Source: Catajapyx aquilonaris (taxonomy: Eukaryota). Taken from it: a DNA stretch of 39,407 nucleotides. The DNA lies in contig JYFJ02003630.1 of NCBI GenBank assembly GCA_000934665.2, positions 1 to 39,407 of the forward strand, read 5' to 3'. Position 1 is the stretch's first letter. The number at the start of each line of letters is the position of its first letter. Made by a program: the position numbers and the translations under genes. Positions 23,476 through 36,660 of this stretch are shown piece after piece. A model generated the notes under the pieces. That model searched no databases and was not told the origin of the DNA. It worked only from the letters and a program-made list of their open reading frames with translations.

Positions 23476-24420
23476 TCCCGTTACTTGCGCTTCCCTGTTT
23501 GTCGCAATTCTGGCCCAATGGTGATGACGATGCTGCTCTCTTATTCTGTGACCCGGAATTGCTTGCTGCAGGCCCCTCCGTATCTTGCTGGTATATGGCA
23601 CGCAGTTGCTCATGGTTGTAAAACCGGCCATCGATTTTTGCTCGATCCTTGCGTAGCACGCCATGCATTCCTTCATCTTCGGCCTTCTTTACATATGGTA
23701 GGAGTTGCCGGCGGACCTCTCTGGTTTTCTGGGAATAATCTTCAGTTATGGCCACAGGGGTGTTCCTGAGCCTATATGCATTGGCTAACAGGGCCTCCCG
23801 ACCTTTGTAGAAAGTGCACCTTAGGATAATCGGCCGTATTTTACCTTGCACCCCGCGGCCTAGCCGATGGCATCTTTCCACAGACAAATTGTAGTCATCA
23901 CTTAACACTCGGTATTGGCGTAAAGCTTGCAGAGTTTGTTTTTCACAGATGTCCCAGCTTTCGTTGTTGTCAGGTCCCAGACCGAAGATGACCACGTTTT
24001 TGCGCCTGCTTCGGTCTTCCAAGTCAGCGATTTTATCCTCGAGTTTCTGGACCTGACCACGAACCTCTTTCAGCCCCTCGGTCATGCTGGACAGTTGTCC
24101 CTGTACCTCACCTCTCTCTATGTCGTCTAATTTATTCCTAAGCCATAACGCTTTTTTGTAACTCCACAAAATTCTATCTTTTAAGTTACCATGCCGGCCA
24201 CCTCTAGTTCTGTTGTATTTCATTTGAGTGCTTTCTAGTGTCATCATGGCATCAAGGTAATCTTCATCCGTTAGTAGATACGGTTGAAACGGGTAGGTCT
24301 GGTCTCGTGTATGGTCCTTTAAGGCTTCTTTCACGATCACCGAAAAGCGAGCAGCAAATCTGTCCTCCGCCCTTTGCAGGAGCTACTCCACATCTTCTGT
24401 TGTCAGCCCCATTTTACCGG
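23444..24420 (-). mobile_element. LINE 5' region: ORF1 (L1-ORF1p/Tnp22-like coiled coil, RRM, CTD), 298-aa open frame, no ORF2
   Basis: LEDRSRRKNVVIFGL, VERCHRLG, RPIILR, ITEDYS; upstream AAAATGGGG...GAAGATGTG...AGCTCC resembles a LINE 5' UTR. Confidence 0.85.
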
Positions 24421-24487
24421 TTTCCCTCTCCCTTATCTTTTTCTGCACGTAGAAAACACGTCTGTTCGCCTTGGCAGCCAGAGGAAG

Positions 24488-24651
24488 TGTGTGCTTCATT
24501 ATTACATAATATCCTGCTACAAATGCAGGCTAATAAAGAATTTTTCTCGAGCATATAAAACTGTCTTAAATAATCCGCGATCAGTATTTAAATGTCTTCC
24601 TTTTCCTCACCGGCGTTTCCTCCAATGAGGCCAAGACTATGTTGACATCAA
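24488..24651 (-). repeat. Short second copy of the sequence at 28348-28499 (5' part of the Sola2-like fragment)
   Basis: TTACATAATATCCT.CTACAAATGCAGGCTA...TCCTCACCGGCGTTTCCTCCAATG.GGCCAAGACTA.GTTGACATCAA shared. Confidence 0.85.
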
Positions 24652-24913
24652 CCGCCGAAACCTCAGGATCACGAGATGATGATAGATGATGATGATGGAG
24701 ACGATGGAGCTGGGTCATGACGTCTTACCTGCCAATGACAATACACACCAAACAATAACTTCCCAATCATAGAATTTATAAATGCATAGTCAATACGAAT
24801 ATATTTATAGTTCATGAATGGTTACAAGTCATGAGTTACATTCCAAACATGTTTGAAGGTCAAGAAAGTACGACATATATCAGTGAAAATACTTGAAAAA
24901 TACATTATAGCAA

Positions 24914-25368
24914 GTTATGTCCCCTAAGATGACATTGGGGACACCAGAACACCTTGAAAGCTGCTTCCACCACATTTTTCGGGGCTGGAGGGATGGAAAT
25001 GCTTGTCTTAACACCCCCCGCAGCAAGTTTACCCATATGTGGCACCCTTTATCGGAGAAATGCACCCCATGCTGGGCTAACATTTTTCTCCATTTCTGTC
25101 CCCGGGCAACATACTGCAGAGCAAAATAAAAATTTCATCTAATTATTGTATCCTCATGGCGATTTTATAATCAAAAACTCACCCCAATCTTTAGCATGCG
25201 CACTTTTTTATCATGGCACACCTTCCTCATCCTCAAATTTAAAAAAAGTGTCAAAGCCTAATTCTTCGACCCTCGGTGGCACTTCACAGACAATAATCTT
25301 GCACGCTGGCATGCTGTCTTTCAATTCCATGATAAGTTGTTTCATGTATTTAGCCAGCATCTTCACCT
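24914..25368 (-). pseudogene. SGNH-CCHC module, copy 2 (5'-truncated, more diverged)
   Basis: KMLAKYMKQLIMELKDSMPACKIIVCEVPPR and LAQHGVHFSDKGCHIW. Confidence 0.75.
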
Positions 25369-25570
25369 TTCCTTTTTTTTGTTCCTTACCTGCCAATGAC
25401 AATACACACCAAACAATAACTTCGGAATCATAGAATTTATAAATATATAGTCAATGTCAATACGAATATATTTACAGTTCATGAATGGTTACAAGTCATG
25501 AGTAACATTCCAAACTGTTTGAAGGTCAAGAAAGTACAACATATATCAGTGAAAATGCTTGAAAAATACA

Positions 25571-26300
25571 TTATAGCAAGTTATGCCCCCTAAGATGACA
25601 TTGGGGGCACCAGAACACCTTGAATGCTCCTTCCACCACATTTTCCGGGGCTGGAGGGATGGTGTGAGATGGAAATGCGTCTCTTAAGACTCCCCGCAGC
25701 AAGTTCGCCCACATGTGGCACCCTTTGTTGGAGAAATGCACCCCATCCCGGGCTAACATTTGTCTCCACTTCTGTCCCTGGGCAACATACTGTAGAGCAA
25801 AATTAAATTTTCATATAATTATTGTATCCTCATGGCAATTTTATAATCAAAAACTCACCCCAATCTTAAGCATCCGCACTTTTTTTTTCATGGCACACCT
25901 TCCTCATCCTCAAAAAAAAAAAGTGCGCCACAGCTTCTTGTGGCGGGCTTCTTGTGCATGAGGTACGACCCTCGGTGGCACCTCACAGACAATAATCTTG
26001 CACGCTGGCATGCTGTCTTTCAATTCCATGTATTTAGCCAGCATCTTCACCTGCTCCAGCTGCTCCTCCTCCGATCCTTTTTTGGCGATGTTGGCCAGGT
26101 CGTTTGTTCCACCACTTAGCACCACGACATCCAGCCCTCCTCTCTGGGCTAAGTGGTGGACCAGATCCTTCATGGAGGCAAGGGTGCCCCCTGGGAAACT
26201 AAAGGTGCAAAACTCCCCAGTGGGCACTAGCCACTGCGGAACCACGTACTTCTCCAAGCTCGTCCCAATGAGGCATCCCCGCAGTGGCTTGAAGGCAGAA
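25571..26300 (-). pseudogene. SGNH-CCHC module, copy 3
   Basis: Same GTSL / PGGT / GGTND / DGVH / CPQCHLRGH motifs; 15-nt in-frame deletion relative to copy 1. Confidence 0.8.
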
Positions 26301-27599
26301 AAAGTGCAATTTTGTGTACCTAGGCATGTTAAACTGGAAAAATTGTAAGGTGGAAATTACCGGAGAAGCACAAGTGCCGCCTCCTGGTGGAGTGACTTGT
26401 ACTTCTCCATTAATTTCCACCATTGCACAAATGTTACTTATCAAACCTTAGCCAGACAATTCTGGCAAGCAGTCTCATCTGTTGGGCAAGCTGTAAGAAT
26501 GCTCGGCTGAAATTATCAGGCAAGTGACAACAAGAGTTTTCTCTCCGCTGTGACCAAAATAAAGCACCATAGCTCCAATGCAGACGTCTCTATACCATAT
26601 TGCAGGGGTCAGTTTTGTCCAGGTGCAAAGTTTGCAAATAAAAATTACTTACTGGAAGTGATTTAATTTTTAATAATACTGAATTTAGTCATGTTCAATA
26701 GGAGAACCAACTGGAGGGCAGATAATAATAATTTGGGAGTGCCTATTGCAACTTTGCATCCAAATATTTTGACCCCTGATATTTCTATATGTTCAGCAGC
26801 TTGTGTCACAGTTTTGAGAGAACAAATCAAGAGGGTTGAATTGGTCGCTGAGAATAATTCTCACTGCAATGTAGCACAACCTCCTTGGTCAGCAAGCCTT
26901 TTGCAATCCACTGCTTCAATATTCCACGATGCAAGACCAGAACTAAACAATTTCTTGAGACATATCAAACTCTCCAACCTTAAAACACTGTTACTGATGT
27001 AGGGTGGGCTTAAAGCTCTGAACAGCCCAATCGAAAAGGTTGAGAAAACTACCAGGCCCACGTGAAAGCTATTTGAGACACTTCAAATGTGACTTGGTAG
27101 GACATACCTGCAGCAGTGGGCGAGTTGGGCAGGGGTTCGGCGGCCTAGGGGCCAGGCTGGTCGGATGCGGGAGGTGGAGCGGTGCCTGGGGCGGCCACGG
27201 GGCCAGGCTGGGGTCCATGACACACGCACGTCGTCGTCAGAGTGACCACCCTCTTCTGCTGGCACCCAAGCTACAATGAGCGTCTTCCCGTCTTGCCTCT
27301 TCATGTGAATGTTGTTCCTCGAAGTTGTTGCTTATAATCCTGACGCCATAGACAACAACCACCTTGAAGGGTTTACTACTCGAGAAATACTGCAGCAAAG
27401 CTTGGGCGAACATAGATGTAAGATTGGCTTCGGTCATTGACGTGCCATTGGCGTGTACCGGTGTTCGTTCCCCTCTTCTTGTTCCCAGTACTTGGTTTCC
27501 GGCCCTCATGCAGGCTTCCACTTCAAAGTCACAGACCGGTTTTGCCATGCATTCCGCGAGAGATATGGCGTTCATTGCAGGGTGATGGGAAGCATTAAC

Positions 27600-28499
27600 T
27601 TAGCGTTCTGATGGTAGGCACACACCGACGGAATGGGTCCCTTTCGCACCTGCCAGGATGCACCACGACGGCCTGAGCTCCGCAAAAGTAGAGAAACCTA
27701 CTGGGATGTGGGTTGGGTCCTCTTTATATTTTGCATGCAGCTCCCTAAGGTTCAGCAACATCATCCTCATTAGTTTGTGCACCTTCTCCCCTGCTTCATT
27801 CCTGACCGTTTTGAAATCTTTTATCCCAGGCATCATTGTACTGTACCCGTCACTTTCATATACCGCAATATTACTGCTGCTTTTGTTTCGGGGGATAGTG
27901 TCTTTCCTTTACTTGCTGTGTCCGGTCTTCCCAGTACGCCCCAGTTTCCTGCTCTCCTTGACCATATGGTTAGTGGCTTCAAACTCTTTCATAGTCCTTT
28001 TAATTCCGAAGGGAGACATAGTAAGAATTTGAACCTTAACAGGATAGGATATCTCTGGTGACTTGAATCTTTCTTTCAGCTTATCTAGCTTGGCTTGAAA
28101 CATGCCCAATTCCCCCAGCTTCCGTCTAACCGTGTCATCTGTCTCTTTTGTCGGGGAAATAAGAGTGACATCAGATTCTAATTTTCTTTTCAAAGACCTT
28201 ATCGCTGATGTATACTTTTTCTGCGCCTTCGCTCCCTTTTGGTGGGCGGTTAAGCCTTCTGTGAATGAAAGATGAGGCACTACTTTACATTTCGCGCAGC
28301 TGACCCTAACTTTATTAACACACTTTACTATGCTCTGAATCAAACACTGTGCTTCATTATTACATAATATCCTACTACAAATGCAGGCTAGTAATGAATT
28401 TTTCTCGAACTGTCTAAATAATCCGCGACCAGTATTTAAATGTCTTACTCTTCCTCACCGGCGTTTCCTCCAATGTGGCCAAGACTACGTTGACATCAA
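27600..28499 (-). mobile_element. Sola2-like DNA transposase N-terminal fragment
   Basis: KVQILTMSP...TMKEFEATNHMVKESRKL; MPGIKDFKTV...MLLNLRELHAKYK...VGFSTFAELRPSWCILAGAKGTHSVGVC, as I recall the Sola2 pattern. Truncated before the catalytic domain. Confidence 0.7.
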
Positions 28500-29467
28500 G
28501 GTCGCGTCGGTCAAAATGAGACTGAAGAAGGTATCTGCTGTAATTTTTGGACCTAGCCTGTTGTGTTCCAGGACTCTATGTGCCTCTATTAATTCAACCA
28601 TGGCCTATTGGTGGCCTACAGACACATTCCGAACATCGCAGCACTTTCCGCAGCCCTGATCCGAAGAGGACGGGAAGACAAGGACAACTGAGGACTGACT
28701 GTCCTGCTTGTCAATGTCTTTGACCCCTTTATAAGCAACCCAAGCCATCCACTCCACCCCCCACCAAGAAAAGGTTCCCTCTGCCCTCTCTCCTTTCGGC
28801 CCCTTTTGAGGTTCATAATCACAATGACAGGTGTTTCACGTCCACTTCGCACCTACTCCACCCTACCACGTCAGTGACTGCGATAAGTTGGGGTAAATTT
28901 AAAGTGACCCCAAGGATGTGCAAAAACTGAAGTTGAAATCTCAAAAGCCACTCTAATCCATTGTCGCTTATGTGAAGCAGTAATTGGAGCGACAGAGGTG
29001 AATAACAAAAAAAATGTCAATAGCTTCATTGGAAGGGATGGACGGGTTGCAAACATCCTCCGTACATTTTGCCACTGCCGTGACTGTACCATTCTCCTTC
29101 GGACTGTTCTTCTCCCTCTGATTCAGATGAATGGTCTTCGGCTGACGGGCTGCTGATGTCTGAGACTTCAGAATGTAGAGAATGCCCTTCATCAAGACGC
29201 CTGTTTGGGCTGGTACCGGCACTACAACTTGTTTCAGATGAGCCATCACCTGCAAATAGGAAGCAATTGAATACGGTACTTTTACTTGTACAATATATTA
29301 CTGCTTTACGCTTTGAATCGCCAAAAGTGACGTGATACTTGCAGGAAGTCATTCTGCAATGATTTTGGTTTAGGTGAGGTGGAATGTGACGAATAACTAT
29401 TTGAGTGAAGAAGGTTATTGACAACTAAAGGCAAGGCAATATTTACCATGTAGCAAGGCTCCTAGAA

Positions 29468-31800
29468 TTAACCAATGTAATGGCGAGGAATGACTATTTT
29501 CTCTCCATTTGCATCAAATGTGAATAGCGGAGTTGCATCACTTTCTTCCCCAGGATGACAAACTTCCCAGTGGCTTTCCACTATTTCGAAACCACAGTAT
29601 GACTTGTTGAACGATTTGCTAATGTAGCACTTGCCCAAGAGGTCAACATGATTATCATCTGATATAATAATCTTCACAATGTGCAAAAAAACAGGAACTC
29701 TCTCGGCGTGTACGGCAAGTGATCGAACCTGTACAGTCAAGTGCCGTACTGTTGCTATCACAAATGAGATCTGATCTAGCAATGTCCCTGCATAAAACAT
29801 TTCGAACAGGGGTCCAATTACTGACAAAGGATGTTCCAGGAATGTACTGGAGCTGAAATGGTAACATAAAAGCCTTTGATGGAGAATCGTTAATGTTTTA
29901 GCAATGTTGATAAAATTGTTTAAGTGCTTTGCAAGCGATTTGAAGTACTGGTGCTTAGCCTCAAATCGCATGCACCACACATTCCTGAGGGGGCCAAACA
30001 TCATGGTGTGTCTTGCGTAATGAATTAAGTAATGGAACTTTGGGGTCAGTTTTTCATCAGGAAAGACTTCCTTAAACAGTTGCAATAACTTTGTGATCCC
30101 TTCTTAAATTATTGGTATGCAGTGTCTTGGCAGACACGGTGCTAATACCAAGTCCACAACGAGCCTCAAGGCACGATACAATTTGCCAAGACCTTCATCA
30201 CTGTTCAGTGGACATACCAATGGGAGCAACCGAAAAAGGCACCATTTTTTGGAAAGCAGATCCCCCAACACTACAATTTTGCCTCACAGGCATAGGGCGA
30301 TTGGTTGCTTCTGATGTGGTGAGAAACTTTAAACTGCAATATATTGTCATTGATAGAATGATGTCACTGTGCACTTTTTTTTCCTCCACAATTCATGAAC
30401 AATCAAAGACATCACAACCGGAACGACACCTTCCGGGCAGTCATGCATGACATCATGCGGTAGGCATTCAACAGTTTCAAAAGATTTGAGTTGAGAAAAA
30501 ACTGAAGCACCTGCTACACCATATGCAATGACATTATCAGGGAACATTTCCGCAGCTTGAACATGATAATTTTGTGTTGCTGCAGTCCGAAGCACAGCGC
30601 TGGTTTCGTTTGTGATGTCCTTCAATTGATCATGTCATACCATGCATGTCCGGCACACCCTCCCAGAACTAAAACATTGCCCAAATCCCCCAATTGCATG
30701 ACTCGATAAATTGTCATCAAACAAAGTTGCAAGGATTGCCCTGAATTGGTATGTCTCACCATTAGTTTTGATTGTGAAGGCTTCAGACACTCTCAGCTTA
30801 ATAAGTCCCTCACAAGCGGCTGAAAGCTATCACGATAGCCGCTACTTATAACTACTTTATGCTTTGTCAGCACTGTCAAAAAAAAATATGCCTTCGGTTA
30901 GGATCTATGTTTGGGCTGCAGATTACCTAGTGTGAAATACACCGCATTTAACTTATGCTTTCCACGCTTGGAACCAATTGGGTTGCACACCTCAAATTAT
31001 TCATAATTGTAGAAATGGAGAACGAGGGTAATAACATTCCCTTCTGCAGGTGCAGAACAAAGATGTCTTTCATACAAACTCCCGTCCCTAAAATCAATCA
31101 GTCTGTCAACATCCATACGTGAAGCCCCAGAACCCCGCAATACCTCCTCTTGAACATCCTTCTTGGAGAGCAGTTGTTTTAATACTTCCTTTACGGGGAC
31201 ATAATAAATCTTTCCATGCTGTGTTTCATGCTCTTCGGGTGATATGAAATTCATGTTATCCCGACAATATTAAGTGAGAGTATGTCCTGATCTGCTGTAC
31301 TGAAATACCTGATCTACTGTTTGATCCGTGCTGCACAAATCAAGCAGTACATAATCACTTTCAACATCGTAACCTTTACTCTTGAGGTGAGTGAGCAACA
31401 TGGTGTTTCTTTGGTGCATAATCTCTTTTGCCATACTCGTCATATTTTCGACAACATCTGAGTAAACTATTTCTGGTATGCAGTGCATCTCCCTCAAGCG
31501 CAGTGAAAAATGAACTGCCACTTTTTGCATTAATGAAATGAAACCCTTCATGTCGACCTCATCAAGCTCACAGTCTGAATCGGCTTCATCATTATCATTG
31601 GGATCATTATTTGCAAGCTGCTGATGGCTTTCATATTGCTGATCACTAACTTCAGGTAACTGACTTATGGCACCTGTATGATTTCTGTAAGAATGCTTGC
31701 GAAAGCTGCCATGTTTTGTATACTCGTTTTTACAACCATTTATGCCACAGACAATTCTAAAGTCAGGTGCGTCAACATGCCGAGCCCTTAGGTGCACCCA
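29468..31800 (-). mobile_element. Animal CACTA/EnSpm (CMC) transposase, near full length, degenerate; a decayed second ORF may follow at ~28870-29355
   Basis: N-terminal C2H2 (CGINGCKNEYTKHGSFRKHSYRNH), FEVCNPIGSKRGKHKLNAVYFTLGN, DNLSSHAIGGF...CRTC, LPHDVMHDCPEGV, TPKFHYLIHY...FGPLRNVWCMRFEAKHQYFK. Confidence 0.88.
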
Positions 31801-31839
31801 AAAGCTTCTGAATGCATTGAATAACTGTACCTCTTTCTC

Positions 31840-32150
31840 CATGTCTCGTCTGCTTCATCTGGGATGCCCATGATCACCAAGTTGTTTCGCCTTGATCGGT
31901 CTTCTAGCTCCCCTTTTTTTTCCAGTAGTTCACGGACGTTCTTCTCCAAGGCTGTTGTCTTAGCCTCGATTACCTCGATGGTGTCCTTCAGGTCACCCAG
32001 CTCAGCCCCAATAGTAGTCACTATGGTAGTCTTAACGTCCTCCAGCAGCTCCTTACGGAACTTAGCCCATATCCATTGCACCAAACAGCAATTTTACGGC
32101 CCAATCGAGCAGAACGGAGCGGCGGTTTAACACGTCCACTCTCACCAGCT
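31840..32150 (-). mobile_element. Second LINE 5' fragment (5' UTR plus ORF1 coiled coil), fused to the CACTA transposase 5' end
   Basis: ELEDRSRRNNLVIMGIPDE; upstream GAGTGGACGTGTTAAACCGCCGCTCC 5'-UTR-like motif. Confidence 0.75.
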
Positions 32151-32834
32151 TGTGGAGCGTGTGTGGGAAGGGTCGTACTCGTACGAGCTCAAGGGTAATT
32201 GGAATGTATAGAGACAGACGACCAGTACAGACTGTGTAGTTAATTTATTAAAGTGCGTTAGGTGGCACAATGTTGTGCCTACTTTGTTAGTGAAAGTTAA
32301 AAAAAGAATCCTCTACCTTGCCTGTGGTGCAGTAGTGGGGGTTTCTCAAAAAAAAACCATACACACCTTTTTCTTACATCATGGAATTGCGGAGATGGCT
32401 GCGAGGAATGTTATCCTTATTGACATCATATTTATCCAAATATCTTGCAGCATATTTTCTTTATGTAGTAGTAATATTTATTTCTTTTACCCAGGTAGGC
32501 TTCCGCCTTTGCATGTGGGGAGGTCCCCGTGGTATTTACTGTACATTAAATGCACTGTCCTTTACTCACAGCGTAATATCGCAAAACCTTAGTTTGCAGG
32601 TTACTGAGTTAAAGAAGGTTGCTAATGTGTGTAGGTTTGAAGAGTGCAAGTTGGTTGTTATTGGGTGTATTTTATTTGGGGGGAAACGTGGGGTGTCCGT
32701 TAGTATATTTCGTTGTACTTTGAAGAAGGGACATATGTGTAAAAGCTGATGCAAATTAAATTCTTCGTTGTAATTACATAATGAACATCAGTCTTCTTTA
32801 GCCCATTGTATTTTATAGCCATTGTAACGCTTTT

Positions 32835-33250
32835 GCCGGGGGAGTGGCAGCATCTTCAAAATTGTAGCGCTTCTTAATTTGAAGGCAAGCCTCGATGACA
32901 AAGCCTCTGCAACGGTGTGGGAAGTCAGTGATGAGATCCTGCCGTTTCAGAATGTCAGGGTTGGTCATGTGCTGCGTCAGTTCAACCCCCAGGTGTACCT
33001 ATAAAGGACCGGATGGTACACCATAACAGCCTTAGGACTGTGTGCACTTGTGTAGTGACCCTCTGCAGATCTAGACTAAGCATGACGGGGGACATACCAG
33101 ATGTAATGGCACGAAAACCTGCTCCTGTAACAGGGTTCGGGTCGATTTTCCCCAATGGCATTCGTACGACTTGCTCACGCTTCACGTACAGCATGAGAAG
33201 ATCCTTGTACGCCTCCGTCATCTTCACGTGCATTGAAGTTACAACTACCT
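32835..33250 (-). mobile_element. hAT transposase internal fragment (ZNF862-like group)
   Basis: AYKDLLMLYVK...LGKIDP; VHLGVE...FPHRCRGFVIEACLQIKKRYNFED. Confidence 0.6.
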
Positions 33251-33536
33251 AATAGAGAAAAAATAAACAAAATGCGATAAAGAGTATTAATCACACGGCT
33301 ATTAGCATCGTAAACCGCGAACTCTGAATGGAGCAATTACGCATATATGCAGTTTTTAGTCACTTACCTCGTGGAGTTGGGCCCTTTGGCAAGTGACGTC
33401 TTTAATTTTTAAACCCCTTATTGGGGGGTTTCTAAAGTCAAATTGATTAAAACCGCAACTGAAGAGAATATCTACAATCATTATTTTGTCCTCGGGTCTG
33501 GGGAGGTTATGTATCAGTTACATTCCTTCTAACACT

Positions 33537-33800
33537 TTACAATGAAAGGATTAGCTCGCGAGATAGCCACAATGAAGCGAATGAAAAAATCTTCAGAACT
33601 ACACTGTAGTTGATGGGAGTCTCTCTCTCGCATGAAATTAGCATTAACGCCTCCCATCTCGATTGTGCAATGGTGCTCCTGAGTCGAGTCTCCATCAGTT
33701 TTGAGTTTTTGAGAATGCGCGTTCACTTGATGCACTGGAAACTGGCAGACTGAGAGCAATGAGGAGAGCAGTGTACAAAACTGGGAACACACTCTTCAGC
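33537..33800 (-). mobile_element. hAT C-terminal dimerisation domain fragment (ZMYM1-like)
   Basis: Manual translation across two 1-nt slips: LYTALLIALSLPVSSASSERAFSKLKLMETRLRSTIAQSRWEALMLISCERE. Confidence 0.85.
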
Positions 33801-33970
33801 CCACCACTTTTCATTACGTGAAGAATTTTCTTCATGCTCCCAGTATTGCACGCTTACCCTTTCTGAATAAGATGTACGCCATTTTGATAGTGTCGGTAAG
33901 GCCCTATGTTTGAAGCATGTATCAAAAAATCCCACGTGGGCTGGATTTCATGTTCCTTTAGATGCAAATA

Positions 33971-34644
33971 CAGGGCTATTCAAAATGCATTACCTGGTTT
34001 CAAAAAATCGTCACACTTGAGACATGATGAAAATTATTTTTCAGTTGCATTAGAAAACTATTCGAGTTTTTTTTTAGCTGTATTACAAATGCTCAATATG
34101 TGCGACCTTCGTCACTCCGCAGACATCCACCCGAAAATACATTTCTTCCCATACACGTCCCAGCATGTCAGGGGTGATGCTTTCAATGGCGCTTCTGATA
34201 CGCTCCTGCAGTGCCGGGATAGTCGTTGGTAGAGGAGGAACAAAAATGTTATCCTTCACATAGCCCCAGAGGAAGAAATCGCATGGGGTTAGGTCAGGAG
34301 AACGAGGTGCCCAGGACAAGAGCTTCTGATCAGTCTCTGTCCCACGTCCGATCCATCGCTTTTCATTCGCTTTTTTCCAAATTTCGTGCGGAAGTGCCGC
34401 TGATCGGTGATTATGGACTGATTTTGATGAAAATCCAGCACTCAAAATGCCTTCTCACCAGAGATGCTGTTCTCACTACCATTAGTCGCCATTTTGCGAA
34501 AACTGTCCTCTGGCGGCCAGAGACGAAAGCTACTGGATGGTGGGTGGTACCAACTCACCAACTGTGTAGCTATCATTGTCGTATTTTTAAAGGCACTGGC
34601 AATAAAAAATCACGAAACCAGGTACTTCATTTTGAATAACCCTG
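33971..34644 (-). mobile_element. Internally deleted Tc1/mariner element with both TIRs
   Basis: ~31-bp TIRs CAGGGCTATTCAAAATGCATTACCTGGTTTC / GAAACCAGGTACTTCATTTTGAATAACCCTG, TA on both sides; WIGRG...WAPRSPDLTPCDFFLWGYVKD...HIEHL*. Confidence 0.93.
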
Positions 34645-34989
34645 TATGTAAATGTCCTGTGCAATGGCTTAATAAATTACTCCCAAGTCACCTGCTGCTC
34701 TGCTCTCCCAGTACTCCAGGATGTTGCTATTGGTAGTGAGAGTGCCAGTGAGACGTGCCTGAGCAGCATGGGTGGAACTGGATCTAACAAGCATTTCTGC
34801 GACCTCCCTGTATATTGAAGTGATTGCGTTAGTTGTTACCCTTGCTGGTAAGTAACTCGGGCTGTTTATGAACCACAATTATAACTCACCCGCCAACTAT
34901 TTTTCGGACGTCAGAGTCGAACTCTGCTTCGTCCTCGAAAAAGAGGTGAGGGGCTCCATTATGCATGGATGGCCCATTCCAATTCGGTC

Positions 34990-35215
34990 GGCGTGGCCTC
35001 TGTGGCGGGCCGCCTTCCGTCCCCTTCTGTTGTCGCTTCCAGGTTGAAATGGCCTCCTTTGCCCCCTGCTTCACCCTCCGCCACATCTCCTTAACGTGCT
35101 TCAGGTCTCTGCCTGTGCCTTTCTGTGCCCCCCCAGCCCTGGTAGACTTCATCCCACGCACTCTTCTTCTTCATGGCGTTTGGGTCGCACCTCTTATCCT
35201 CCAAGATCTTCATGC
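34990..35215 (-). mobile_element. Myb/SANT-like DNA-binding fragment (MSANTD3/NAIF1 type, Harbinger ORF2-like)
   Basis: ILEDKRCDPNAMKKKSAWDEV / RDLKHVKEMWRRVKQGAKEA...KGTEGGPP across a frameshift. Confidence 0.7.
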
Positions 35216-35434
35216 TGGGCAGGATGAGGGCCATGCCTTCTCCCAATCCCCACCCCCACCCCCGATTCGCGTACCGTTTTCTAGAGTTTCGGAAAACGTG
35301 ACTGTTCAATGAGTCAAAAATGCTATCATTTTTTTTTTTTTGCAAAATGTAGCTGTCTATAGGGCCGTTTTTGCCATCTGCTTTAGTACAACCAAAGTGC
35401 GTATTGCGGAAGCCACTGAATGAATATTTGCGTG

Positions 35435-36040
35435 GCATAGCGCACTTTCATTTTGCCAGACCCAGTCACATCCACATGAATCTTTTTAATTTTAGGTGCC
35501 AGGCGTAAGAGGCGGGTGTTGTTATTATCAATTCCATGCATATTTCAGATGTGTCTCCAGGACGCGATGTTGTGTCCGACGGCTATGTCATATTTTTGCA
35601 AGTTATTTCTAATGCTTTTTATTAAATGAGGTACGTCATATGAAAATATACATCTATCTCATCTTCCGTCGCTATGATTGTAAGGTTTCTCTTGGTTCCA
35701 GCCAATGCTTTCTGCAGCGACTGGTTGTTAGGGCCTTGGTCCATGGTGATTGCCCGAATCGTAAATCCAATTTCAGACGTTTTCTGGATGCACTTCATGA
35801 TGATGCTCTTGAGTTGCGGCCCTTTGGTGCCTTTGCTGGCCAAAAAGTAGGCAATTGGTTGCTTCCAGCCGTGGTACAGGCCCCTGAGCATTAATACCAG
35901 GACTTGTGTCGCAGTTTCCTTATTGCTTCTTTCCTGGGTCAAGTGTCCGAAATCTTCATACCCCTCTAATAAGTCTTGTTTTTGATGATATGAGATACAT
36001 TCTTTTATGGACATTTCGTCCAGTAAAAGAACAGCCTACC
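35435..36040 (-). mobile_element. P-element (THAP9-like) transposase fragment
   Basis: LLDEMSIKE...EGYEDFG...VLMLRGLYHGWKQPIAYFL...MDQGPNNQ; DVPHLIKSIRNNL...RLAPK...KMKVRYA. Confidence 0.9.
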
Positions 36041-36407
36041 TTTCTCCACGGTCATAGAGCAGCTGACCAACGAGTGCTCAGGTCATGCCGCCAGCGGGAG
36101 ACCCCCCGCGCCGGTCAGCGCCGTCCGATGGCATGCATTTAACACTGCTAGAAACACGGTTTTATATAGGGTTGGAGCATCTGAACACAACCTTATTACC
36201 CTGTAGTGCCCAGAGGCACTACAGATGTAAGGAAAAATATGATTGTTAGATCAATTACCGAAAAAAATTCCATGAATGAAAATGAAGTTTAAAAAAAAAT
36301 ACCGCTCTTCATATCCTGGAATTATGAGACGTGCCATATATGGCACACTGGGCATTAAAGGTAAACAACCATTTTCCAAGTACTCTGTTTCTTTTCCTTT
36401 ACAAAGC

Positions 36408-36440
36408 TCCTCCCCCCCCCCCCCNCCCCCCCCCCCCCCC
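36408..36440. other. Poly-C tract containing an N at 36425 (assembly uncertainty)
   Basis: Seen directly. Confidence 0.95.
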
Positions 36441-36496
36441 TGACAGCCTGCCCCTCTTCTTCTTACCTGCTATGACCAAAGCGGGTAGCTAAGGAA

Positions 36497-36660
36497 ATGA
36501 CCGGGTTGGGCTTCATCGAGCGCGGGTGGAAGGATTACAAGGAGGTGCGCCGATTTAAAAACCCATATAAGGCTGTGAAGAAGTTAAACGGCACGAGTGG
36601 GAAGGGCCGGAGTTCCTGCGCCTTTTACGAGGCGCTCAACTCTTGTGCTGAGTGAAAATC
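36497..36660 (+). mobile_element. Trihelix Myb/SANT fragment, likely the convergent ORF2 of the adjacent Harbinger element
   Basis: MTGLGFIERGWKDYKEVRRFKNPYKAVKKLNGTSGKGRSSCAFYEALN. Confidence 0.7.
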
